Positions 1-8,782 of a stretch of 64,000 bases of DNA are shown one piece after another. The notes beneath the pieces are model-generated. The model worked only from the letters and a program-made list of their open reading frames with translations, was not told the DNA's origin and did not search any database. Position 1 is the stretch's first letter. Each line of letters begins with the position of its first letter. The DNA is from an uncultured Actinomycetota bacterium (GTDB lineage: Bacteria > Actinomycetota > Actinomycetes > Propionibacteriales > Nocardioidaceae): the NCBI GenBank assembly GCA_963777655.1, contig CAVZQY010000003.1:149667-213666 (forward strand), given 5' to 3'. Both the position numbers and the translations under genes were made by a program.

Positions 1-203
1 ACCGCCGCGAGGGTGAGCGGGCGTCGCCGGCGCCCCGCGACCTCGGCCCAGCCCCTGCCCCGGACAGGACGCACTGCCTGCCTCAAGCCGATGTCGGGAG
101 CGGCGCCGGCGCCGCCCTGCGCTTGAGTTCGGCGGCGGCGAGCCTTCTTGCACCGATTTGCGGGGAATTGCGCCTCGGTCCGGGCCGCCGGTCCAGACCA
201 CCG

Positions 204-228
204 GGAACCCGGCCGTGTCGGTCTCGTT
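204..228 (+). promoter_or_regulatory. Putative ECF sigma (SigE/SigH-like) promoter GGAAC-N16-CGTT upstream of the STAS gene
   Basis: GGAAC at 204-208 and CGTT at 225-228 match the actinobacterial SigE/SigH consensus. Confidence 0.4.
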
Positions 229-315
229 CACCGTTCGGCGGGGGCTGCAGGATTCGATCCCCCGGCCCCGCCCCGGCCCCGGGCCGGGAACGACATCGAC
301 CACGGAGGACCAGCC

Positions 316-657
316 TTGCGCCAGCAGACGCCCCCGTCGCACCCCCGGACCGACGAGCGGCCGTCGGTGGAGATGGCCTGCCACCGACGCGTGCGGGTGG
401 CCGGCGCCGTGGACGCGTTCAGCGCGGCCGAGGTCGAGGCGGCGCTGCTCCCCCTGGCCACGACGCGGCCGCACCTGGTCGTCGACCTGACCGGGGTCGG
501 CGTGCTCACCAGCGGCGGCGTGGCCATGCTGCAGCGGTGCGCCGCCCGCGCCGCGGCGCTCGGGCACAAGTTCCACCTGCTGGCCCCGGAGTCCACGCTC
601 GTGCAGCGCGTCCTCGACCTCGCGCGGGTGCCGCACGACGTCGCGCCCGCCGCCTGA
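316..657 (+). CDS. STAS-domain anti-sigma factor antagonist
   Basis: VRVAGAVDAFSA...LVVDLTGVGVLTSGGVAML STAS motif; GGAGG at 304-308 precedes an in-frame TTG at 316 (alternative start ATG 373). Confidence 0.75.
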   Translation: MRQQTPPSHPRTDERPSVEMACHRRVRVAGAVDAFSAAEVEAALLPLATTRPHLVVDLTGVGVLTSGGVAMLQRCAARAAALGHKFHLLAPESTLVQRVLDLARVPHDVAPAA

Positions 658-672
658 GGCCGACGCGGCGGC

Positions 673-2268
<1,596 letters not shown>

Positions 2269-2402
2269 CTCTCGTCAATGACATCGGGGCACGGCTCGGC
2301 CCGGAGGTGTCAACCCGGGCGCGCTGTTCATTCTGCCACGGTGGGCCTCACCCCGACGCATCGGAGTGGTCGTCCCGGCGTGCCGCCGGGTCGGTGGCAG
2401 CG

Positions 2403-2966
2403 TCAGGAGCCCGCCTTCGCGGCGGCCTTCTGCTGCTTCTTGTACTCGCGGACCTTCTGCAGCGAATCCGGGTCGACCACGTCGGCGACGGAGCGGTAAC
2501 CCTCCAGGGCGTAGTCCCCGGCCACCTCCTGCCAGCCCTCGGGCTGCACGTCGCACTGCTTGGCGACCAGCGACACGAAGATGCGCGCCTTCTGCTTGCC
2601 GAAGCCCGGCAGGGCCGTCAGCCGGCGCATCAGGTCGCGGCCGTCGGCGGCCTCGGTCCAGATGCGTTCCGCCCGGCCGCCGTACTCCTCCTCGACCACG
2701 CGCGCGAGCTCCTGCAGGCGGGCTGCCATCGACCCCGGGAAGCGGTGGATCGCCGGCGGCGTCGCGCAGAGCTCGGCGAACCGCTCGGGGTCGGCGGCGG
2801 CGATCTCGCCCGGCTCGACGCTGCCGAACCGCTCGGCCACCTTGTGCGGCCCGCGGAACGCGTGCTCCATGGGGTACTGCTGGTCGAGCATCATGCCCGC
2901 GAGCAGGGCGAACGGCTGCTCGAGGACGGCGTCGGCGGCGTCGTCGCCGGTGATCTGGATGGCCAT
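2403..2966 (-). CDS. HhH-GPD-type base excision repair family protein (TIGR03252-like)
   Basis: [46 protein letters not shown] at 2966. Confidence 0.85.
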   Translation of the reverse strand: MAIQITGDDAADAVLEQPFALLAGMMLDQQYPMEHAFRGPHKVAERFGSVEPGEIAAADPERFAELCATPPAIHRFPGSMAARLQELARVVEEEYGGRAERIWTEAADGRDLMRRLTALPGFGKQKARIFVSLVAKQCDVQPEGWQEVAGDYALEGYRSVADVVDPDSLQKVREYKKQQKAAAKAGS

Positions 2967-3125
2967 GGCCCCAGCATGCCGGATCCTCGCGGCGCCCGGC
3001 GGCCCCGGACGTAGCTCGGAGTCGCCGATCGTCAGCACCGCCCCGCCGACCGCGTCCCAGCGACCCCGCGGCAGCCTCCACGGTGACCCGCAACTGCCGA
3101 CAAGCGCCTCCGGGGCGCCCCACCA

Positions 3126-3223
3126 GGCGTCATACGTCTCGGCGGGCATGGCAACCGCGTCGTATGACGCCGCGGCGTGGCGTCATACGTCTCGGCGGCT
3201 ACAACGACCGCTTCGTATGACGC
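3126..3223. repeat. Two tandem hairpin units (53-bp period) with arms GGCGTCATACG...CGTATGACGC(C)
   Basis: Arms at 3126-3136/3161-3171 and 3179-3189/3214-3223; both 24-nt loops start TCTCGGCGG. Confidence 0.85.
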
Positions 3224-3247
3224 TGCGGCGGCGCGTAGGTTGCCCGG

Positions 3248-3895
3248 ATGAGCTCCACGCACATGGACCGGCCCGAGGACACCCAGGCCCGTCGCCAGCA
3301 CTGGGAGGAGGCCCACCGGGGCAAGTCGCCGGACGACGTCTCGTGGTGGCAGTCCACGCCGTCCGTCTCGCTGCGGCTGATCGAGGCCAGCGGTGTCGAC
3401 CCCACCGACCCCCTCATCGACGTGGGCTCCGGCTGGTCCACGCTCGCCGACCACCTCATCGACGGCGACTTCACCGACGTGACGGCCATCGACCTGTCGG
3501 AGACCGCGCTGGACACCGTCCGCAAGCGCGTCGGGGACCGAGAGCACCTGACGCTCGAGGTCGCCGACGTGCTGGACCTCGACCTCGGCCGGCGGTACGC
3601 CCTGTGGCACGACCGCGCCGTCTTCCACTTCCTCACCGAGGAGGAGGAGCGCGACGCCTACCGCGCCTCCCTCGCGCGGTGCCTCCGGCCCGGCGGCTGG
3701 TTCGTCGTCGCCACCTTCGGTCCTGACGGCCCCGAGACCTGCAGCGGGCTGCCGGTCGTCCGCTACTCGCACCAGGAGCTCGCCGCCGAGTTCCCGGGCT
3801 TCGCGCTGGTCGACACGGCCGGCGAGGACCACGAGACCCCGTGGGGCACCACCCAGCAGTTCACGGCCGTGCTGCTCCGGGCGCCGCGGGACTGA
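3248..3895 (+). CDS. Class I SAM-dependent methyltransferase
   Basis: LIDVGSG motif I, VTAIDLSETAL, WHDRAVFHFL, LRPGG, TFGPDGPETCSGL; TAGGTT -10 box 6 nt before the ATG. Confidence 0.9.
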   Translation: MSSTHMDRPEDTQARRQHWEEAHRGKSPDDVSWWQSTPSVSLRLIEASGVDPTDPLIDVGSGWSTLADHLIDGDFTDVTAIDLSETALDTVRKRVGDREHLTLEVADVLDLDLGRRYALWHDRAVFHFLTEEEERDAYRASLARCLRPGGWFVVATFGPDGPETCSGLPVVRYSHQELAAEFPGFALVDTAGEDHETPWGTTQQFTAVLLRAPRD

Positions 3896-4195
3896 TCTCG
3901 ATACGGGCGCTGCGCGCCCTACTCGATCACCGACGTGGCCCGCTGCACGCCCTACTCGATCACCGATGTGGCCCGCTGCACGCCCTACTCGATCACCGAC
4001 GTGGCCCGCTGCACGCCCTACTCGATCACCGACGTGGCCCGCTGCACGCCCTACTCGATCACCGACGTGGCCCGCTGCACGCCCTACTCGATCACCGACG
4101 TGGCCCGCTGCGCGCCCTACTCGATCACCGATGTGGCCCGCTGCGCGCCCTACTCGATCACCGACGTGGCCCGCTGCGCGCCCTACTCGATCACC
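3896..4195. repeat. REP-like tandem array: 9 copies of a 33-bp unit CGCTGCRCGCCCTACTCGATCACCGAYGTGGCC, preceded by TCTCGATACGGG
   Basis: CTACTCGATCACC at 3919, 3952, 3985, 4018, 4051, 4084, 4117, 4150, 4183; lies between convergent genes. Confidence 0.95.
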
Positions 4196-4207
4196 AAGAC
4201 ACGCGCG

Positions 4208-4624
4208 TCAGTCGGTGCCGACGTCGCCGCTCTTGACGGCGAGGACGGGGCAGCGGGCGTCGAGCAGGATCCGCTGCGCGTTGCTGCCCAGGATCAGCTT
4301 GCCCACGGGTGAGCGGCGGCGCAGCCCGATGACGATGAGCTCGGCGCGGTTGGCCTCGGCGATGCTGATCAGGTCGGCCGCCGGCTCGAAGCCGCGCACC
4401 AGCTGACGCACGTCGTAGTCGACGCCGGAGTCGTCGAGGCGCTGGCGCACGGCCGTGATCTCCGAGTCGGCCAGGTCCGCCGCGTCGCGGTCGAAGTCGG
4501 CCCCGCCCCGGTGGCTGCTGACGATCACCAGCTTGATCTGCCGCAGCTTCGCCTCGGCGATCGCGCGCACGAGCGCGGCCTCCCCCTCGGGCTTGGCCAC
4601 GTAACCTACGACGACGGTGCCCAT
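4208..4624 (-). CDS. Universal stress protein (UspA family)
   Basis: MGTVVVGY, AELIVIGLRRRSPVGKLILGSNAQRILLDARCPVLAVK; GGAGGAGA RBS. Confidence 0.92.
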   Translation of the reverse strand: MGTVVVGYVAKPEGEAALVRAIAEAKLRQIKLVIVSSHRGGADFDRDAADLADSEITAVRQRLDDSGVDYDVRQLVRGFEPAADLISIAEANRAELIVIGLRRRSPVGKLILGSNAQRILLDARCPVLAVKSGDVGTD

Positions 4625-4744
4625 CAGCTCTCCTCCACGCGACGGCGGCCACCCGTCCGGCGGCCTCGCGGGCACGCTACCCAACCTCCGGCCCGGGCGG
4701 GAGGCTGGAGCCCGGGGATGTTGCGGATCGCCGGTGCGGCCGCG

Positions 4745-6214
4745 TCAGTCCCAGGTGTGTACGGGGTCGTTGGTGTGCATCCGCTCGCGGTACTCCAGCA
4801 GCGTCCCGCGCAGCGCGTCGCCGACGGAGTCCTCGGCCTCGGCGCGGTCGTGGTACCGGCGCGCGAACCACTCGGCCCCGTTGACGCCGGTCAGGCAGCG
4901 CTGCTCGATGATGCCGAGCAGGCGGTCCCGGTCCTCGGCGGCGACGCCCCAGTCGTCCAGCCCGGCGTGCGCCATCGGCAGCAGGCGCCGCAGCACGAGC
5001 TCGGTCGCGCCGACCGGCCCGGTGCCCGGCCAGTAGAGCTGGGCGTCGATGCCGCGGCGGGCCGCGGCGTGGAAGTTCTCCTCGGCGGCGTCGAACGACA
5101 TCCGCGACCACAGCGGACGCTCGGTCTCGGCGAGCGTGCGCACCAGCCCGAAGTAGAAGGCCGCGTTGGCGATGGTGTCCACGACGGTCGGCCCCGCCGC
5201 CAGCAGCCGGTTCTCCACCCGCAGGTGCGGGGTGCCGTCGCTGACGTCGTACACGGGCCGGTTCCAGCGCCACACGGTCCCGTTGTGCAGTCGCAGCTCG
5301 GGCAGCATCGGCACGCCGCCGGACTCCAGCACCTCGACCGGGTCCTCCTCCTCGGTCACCGGCAGCAGGCCCGAGAAGTACCGGACGTTCTCCTCGAACA
5401 GGTCGAAGACCGAGGTGATCCAGCGCTCGCCGAACCACACCCGCGGCCGGACGCCCTGCGCTCGCAGCTCCTCGCTGCGCGTGTCGGTGGCCTGCTCGAA
5501 CAGCGGGATCCGGGTCTCGCGCCAGAGCTCCTTGCCGAGCAGGAACGGCGAGTTCGCGCCCACTGCGAGCTGCACCGACGCGATCGCCTGGGAGGCGTTC
5601 CAGTAGCTGGCGAACTTCTCCGGCGAGGTCTGCAGGTGCAGCTGGGTGCTCGTGCAGGCGGCCTCGGGGATGATCGAGTCCGCCGTCGTGCTCAGCGTCT
5701 CCACCCCCTCGATCTCGATGAGGAGGTCCTCCCCGCGGGCGTTGAGGATCTGCTCGCTGAGCAACCGGTAGCGCGGGTTCGGCATCAGCGTCTCGGCGCT
5801 CATGTGGCCGTCGCCGAGCGTCGGCAGGATGCCGATCATCACGAGGTGCGCGCCGACCTCCGAGCTGCGCTCCTCGGCGTTGTTCAGCGAGCGCCGCAGG
5901 TCGTCCTCGAAGCGGCGCAGGCCGCCCTCCCGGAGCCTGGCCGGGTCGAGGTTGACCTCGATGTTGAACTGGCCGAGCTCCGTCTGGAACGTCGGGTCGG
6001 CGATCGCCTTGAGCGCCTCGGCGCCCTTGAGGGCCGGGTCCCCGAGCTCGTCGATCAGGTTGAGCTCGACCTCCAGCCCGGTCATCGGGTCGTCGGTGTC
6101 GAAGACCGAGTCACGCAGCATCCGCTCGAAGACGTCGAGGTTGCGGCGCACCTTCGCCCGGTGCCGGGTGCGGTCGGCGCGGGTGAACTCCCGGGACTCC
6201 ACCTCCTTGCCCAT
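4745..6214 (-). CDS. Glutamate-cysteine ligase family 2 (GCS2)-like protein
   Basis: GLEVELNL, FQTELGQFNIE, ACTSTQLHLQ, ANSPFLLG, LRLHNGTVWRWNRPVY, HLRVENR. Confidence 0.85.
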   Translation of the reverse strand: MGKEVESREFTRADRTRHRAKVRRNLDVFERMLRDSVFDTDDPMTGLEVELNLIDELGDPALKGAEALKAIADPTFQTELGQFNIEVNLDPARLREGGLRRFEDDLRRSLNNAEERSSEVGAHLVMIGILPTLGDGHMSAETLMPNPRYRLLSEQILNARGEDLLIEIEGVETLSTTADSIIPEAACTSTQLHLQTSPEKFASYWNASQAIASVQLAVGANSPFLLGKELWRETRIPLFEQATDTRSEELRAQGVRPRVWFGERWITSVFDLFEENVRYFSGLLPVTEEEDPVEVLESGGVPMLPELRLHNGTVWRWNRPVYDVSDGTPHLRVENRLLAAGPTVVDTIANAAFYFGLVRTLAETERPLWSRMSFDAAEENFHAAARRGIDAQLYWPGTGPVGATELVLRRLLPMAHAGLDDWGVAAEDRDRLLGIIEQRCLTGVNGAEWFARRYHDRAEAEDSVGDALRGTLLEYRERMHTNDPVHTWD

Positions 6215-6223
6215 GTGGGGAGA

Positions 6224-7297
6224 CTAGCCACATTCGGGGCCCCGCGGCGACGGTCGGACGGCGCCGGTTGCCCCGACCGCCCCCTCGGGCGGGGTGTCGG
6301 GCATCCCGAGGTCCCCGGGCGACCACACGCGCGGGTCGCACGCGTGCTCCAGCGCGCCGGCCACCAGGCCCGCCAGCGAGTAGCCCGGCTCGACCGCGCG
6401 CACCCGGTCCAGCGCGCACCAGGCCAGCGCGCCCTCGCCGGCCAGCCACGCCGCGAAGGCCAGGAGCGAGCCGGGCGCGGGCAGCAGGGCGTCCGGGCTC
6501 CGCCGGACCAGGTCGCGCCACAGCTCGGCGTGCGCCGGGGCGTCCGCCCGGGTCATCGTGGACCAGGCCGCGTCGCGGACGCGCAGGTCGCGCATCCCCG
6601 TCAGCAGCCGGGCGGCGCCTCCGTCGTCCAACGGGCGGCCGGAGGCGGCCGACGCCGCCACCGTGCGCCGGGCCCACTCCGCCTCGGCCACGCCCGCGGT
6701 CGGCGTCCGGCTGCTCTGCGCGGCCACCCGGGCCACCGCTGCCCGATCGGGCTCCAGCGTCGCCGCCAGCGCCTCCCGGGAGGCGTGCAGCACGCGCCCG
6801 GAGACCACGGAGTGGAGCCGGAACGGGTGCAGCGCGACGTCGAAGGGGACGCCGTCGGCCGGGGTCGGCTCCCACGCGACGTGCGGCCCGGGCAACCGGA
6901 ACCAGCGCCCGTCGTGCACGCGGACGCTGTCGAGCAGCCGCACGCGCGGCGACCGGGGGCCCGCCAACGCCTCGGCCATCGGCCCCGCGGTCTCCGCGGC
7001 GAGCCGCGGCCGCGCCGAGTGCACCAGCAGCGCCGCCTGCGTGACCCGCTGGCGCGAGACTGGCTCGCTGATGGATCGGACCACCTGCTCGAGGGCCTCC
7101 CGGTCCGGCCTCCCGTCCGGGCACCCGCCGTCGACGGGCGGCAGGTCGACCCGGGCGTGGAACGGGCGCCCCGGTGGGTTCGCCGCGAACGAGAGGAGGG
7201 TGAGCGACTCCTCGGGCTCGAACCCGATCACGACGGGCACGAGGGCGATCAGGTCGGCAGTGCTGCGGACGGTGAACGGGGCGGCGGGGCTCGACAT
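6224..7297 (-). CDS. DUF4192 family protein
   Basis: ADLIALVPVVIGFEPEESL, RVRDAAW, LLAFAAWLAGEGALAWCALDR...PGYSLA. Confidence 0.8.
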   Translation of the reverse strand: MSSPAAPFTVRSTADLIALVPVVIGFEPEESLTLLSFAANPPGRPFHARVDLPPVDGGCPDGRPDREALEQVVRSISEPVSRQRVTQAALLVHSARPRLAAETAGPMAEALAGPRSPRVRLLDSVRVHDGRWFRLPGPHVAWEPTPADGVPFDVALHPFRLHSVVSGRVLHASREALAATLEPDRAAVARVAAQSSRTPTAGVAEAEWARRTVAASAASGRPLDDGGAARLLTGMRDLRVRDAAWSTMTRADAPAHAELWRDLVRRSPDALLPAPGSLLAFAAWLAGEGALAWCALDRVRAVEPGYSLAGLVAGALEHACDPRVWSPGDLGMPDTPPEGAVGATGAVRPSPRGPECG

Positions 7298-7408
7298 GGC
7301 CCGCACGCTGCCCCGGGGCGCCGACCCGGTGGGGCGGGTAGGACGCCGCCTGTGGAGGGCCGGCCCGGGCCGGGGGTTGTGGACGCGGCGGCGGGATACC
7401 GTGCGCCG

Positions 7409-8767
7409 GTGCGCGACACCGCCTCCGTGCTGCACCTCGACCTGGACGCGTTCTACGCCGCGGTCGAGCAGCGCGACAAGCCGTCGCTGCGGGGCAAGCC
7501 CGTCGTCGTCGGCGGCACCGGCGGGCGCGGTGTGGTGGCCACGGCCTCCTACGAGGCCCGGCGCTACGGCGTCCGCTCGGCGATGTCGACGCGGGAGGCG
7601 CGCTCGCGGTGCCCGCACGCCGCGTTCCTCTCCGGCCGGTTCGAGGCCTACCGCGCCGCCAGCCGGCTGGTGATGGGGGCGCTGCGCGAGATCTCCCCGC
7701 TGGTCGAGCCGCTCTCGCTCGACGAGGCGTTCGTCGACCTGGCCGCCGCGGACCTGCCGGACCTCTCCGTGCCCACGGTGACCGCGGTCGCCGAGGACCT
7801 CCGCGCCCGCGTGCACGCGGTGACCGGCGGGCTGACGGCGTCCGTGGGGCTGGCGAGCTCGAAGTTCGTCGCCAAGGTCGCCAGCGACCTGGACAAGCCC
7901 GACGGGCTCGTCGTGGTGCTGCCCGGCACCGAGGTCGAGCTGCTGCGCCCGATGCACGTCAGCGTCGTGCCCGGCGTGGGTCCGCAGACCACCGAGCGGC
8001 TGCGCCGCGGCGGCGTGCACACCGTGGCCGACCTGGAGGCGCTGCCGCTCGACGAGCTCGTGCGCCTCGTCGGTCGCGCCCACGGCGCGGGGCTGCACGA
8101 CCTCGCGCGGGCCCACGACGACCGGCCGGTGGTGCCCGAGCGCGAGGCCAAGTCGATCAGCGCCGAGGGCACCTACGACACCGACCTCACCGACCGCCGG
8201 CTGATGGAGGGCCTGCTCACCCGCCAGGCCACCGGGGTCGCCGAGCGCCTGCGCACCCAGGGGCTCTCGGGACGCACGGTGACGATCAAGGTGCGGCTGC
8301 ACGACTTCACCACGCTGACCCGGTCGAGCACGCTCGCCTCCCCCACGGACGACGAGGGGGTGGTCGCGCGCACCGCCCGGGCGCTGCTGGCCGACCTCGA
8401 CACCTCCGGCGGCGTGCGCCTGCTGGGCGTCGGCGTCTCCGGCCTCGCGGACTGGGTGCAGGAGGAGCTGTTCCCCGACCCGGCCCTCGCGCCGGCGCCC
8501 GAGCCCACGGGCGACGCCGGCGAGGAGGCCCCGCCGGAGGACGAGGTCGACCTCTCGGCGGCGTACCGCGGCCGGCGCGTCTGGGCGCCCGGCGCCGACG
8601 TGGTGCACGACGAGCTGGGCCGCGGCTGGGTCTGGGGCTCGGGCCGCGGCGTCGTCACGGTCCGCTTCGAGACCGCCGAGTCGCCGGCCGGGCCGGTGCG
8701 CTCCCTCGCGGTGGACGACCCGGCGCTGCACGCGTGGCGGCCGCCGGAGGTGGCTGCCCCGGACTCA
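7409..8767 (+). CDS. dinB: DNA polymerase IV (DinB) with an actinobacterial C-terminal extension; no in-frame stop before ptrB, end approximate
   Basis: LHLDLDAFYAAVEQRD, SYEARRYGVRSAM, LSLDEAFVDL, AKVASDLDKPDG; TACCGT -10 box 6 nt before GTG 7409. Confidence 0.9.
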
Positions 8768-8782
8768 CCTATCGTCGCGGGC

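Noticed and set aside
3896..4195. CRISPR array
   Set aside because: Units are head-to-tail and nearly identical, with no unique spacers and no cas genes in the window.
3841..4406. Repeat-peptide ORFs (LHALLDHRRGP, ARCTPYSITDV and others)
   Set aside because: They are open only because the 33-bp unit has no stops; they lack good starts and overlap real genes.
4511..7408. N-terminal ~960 aa of the 2179-aa ORF
   Set aside because: Antisense shadow of the USP, GCS2 and DUF4192 genes; real plus-strand coding starts at dinB (7409).
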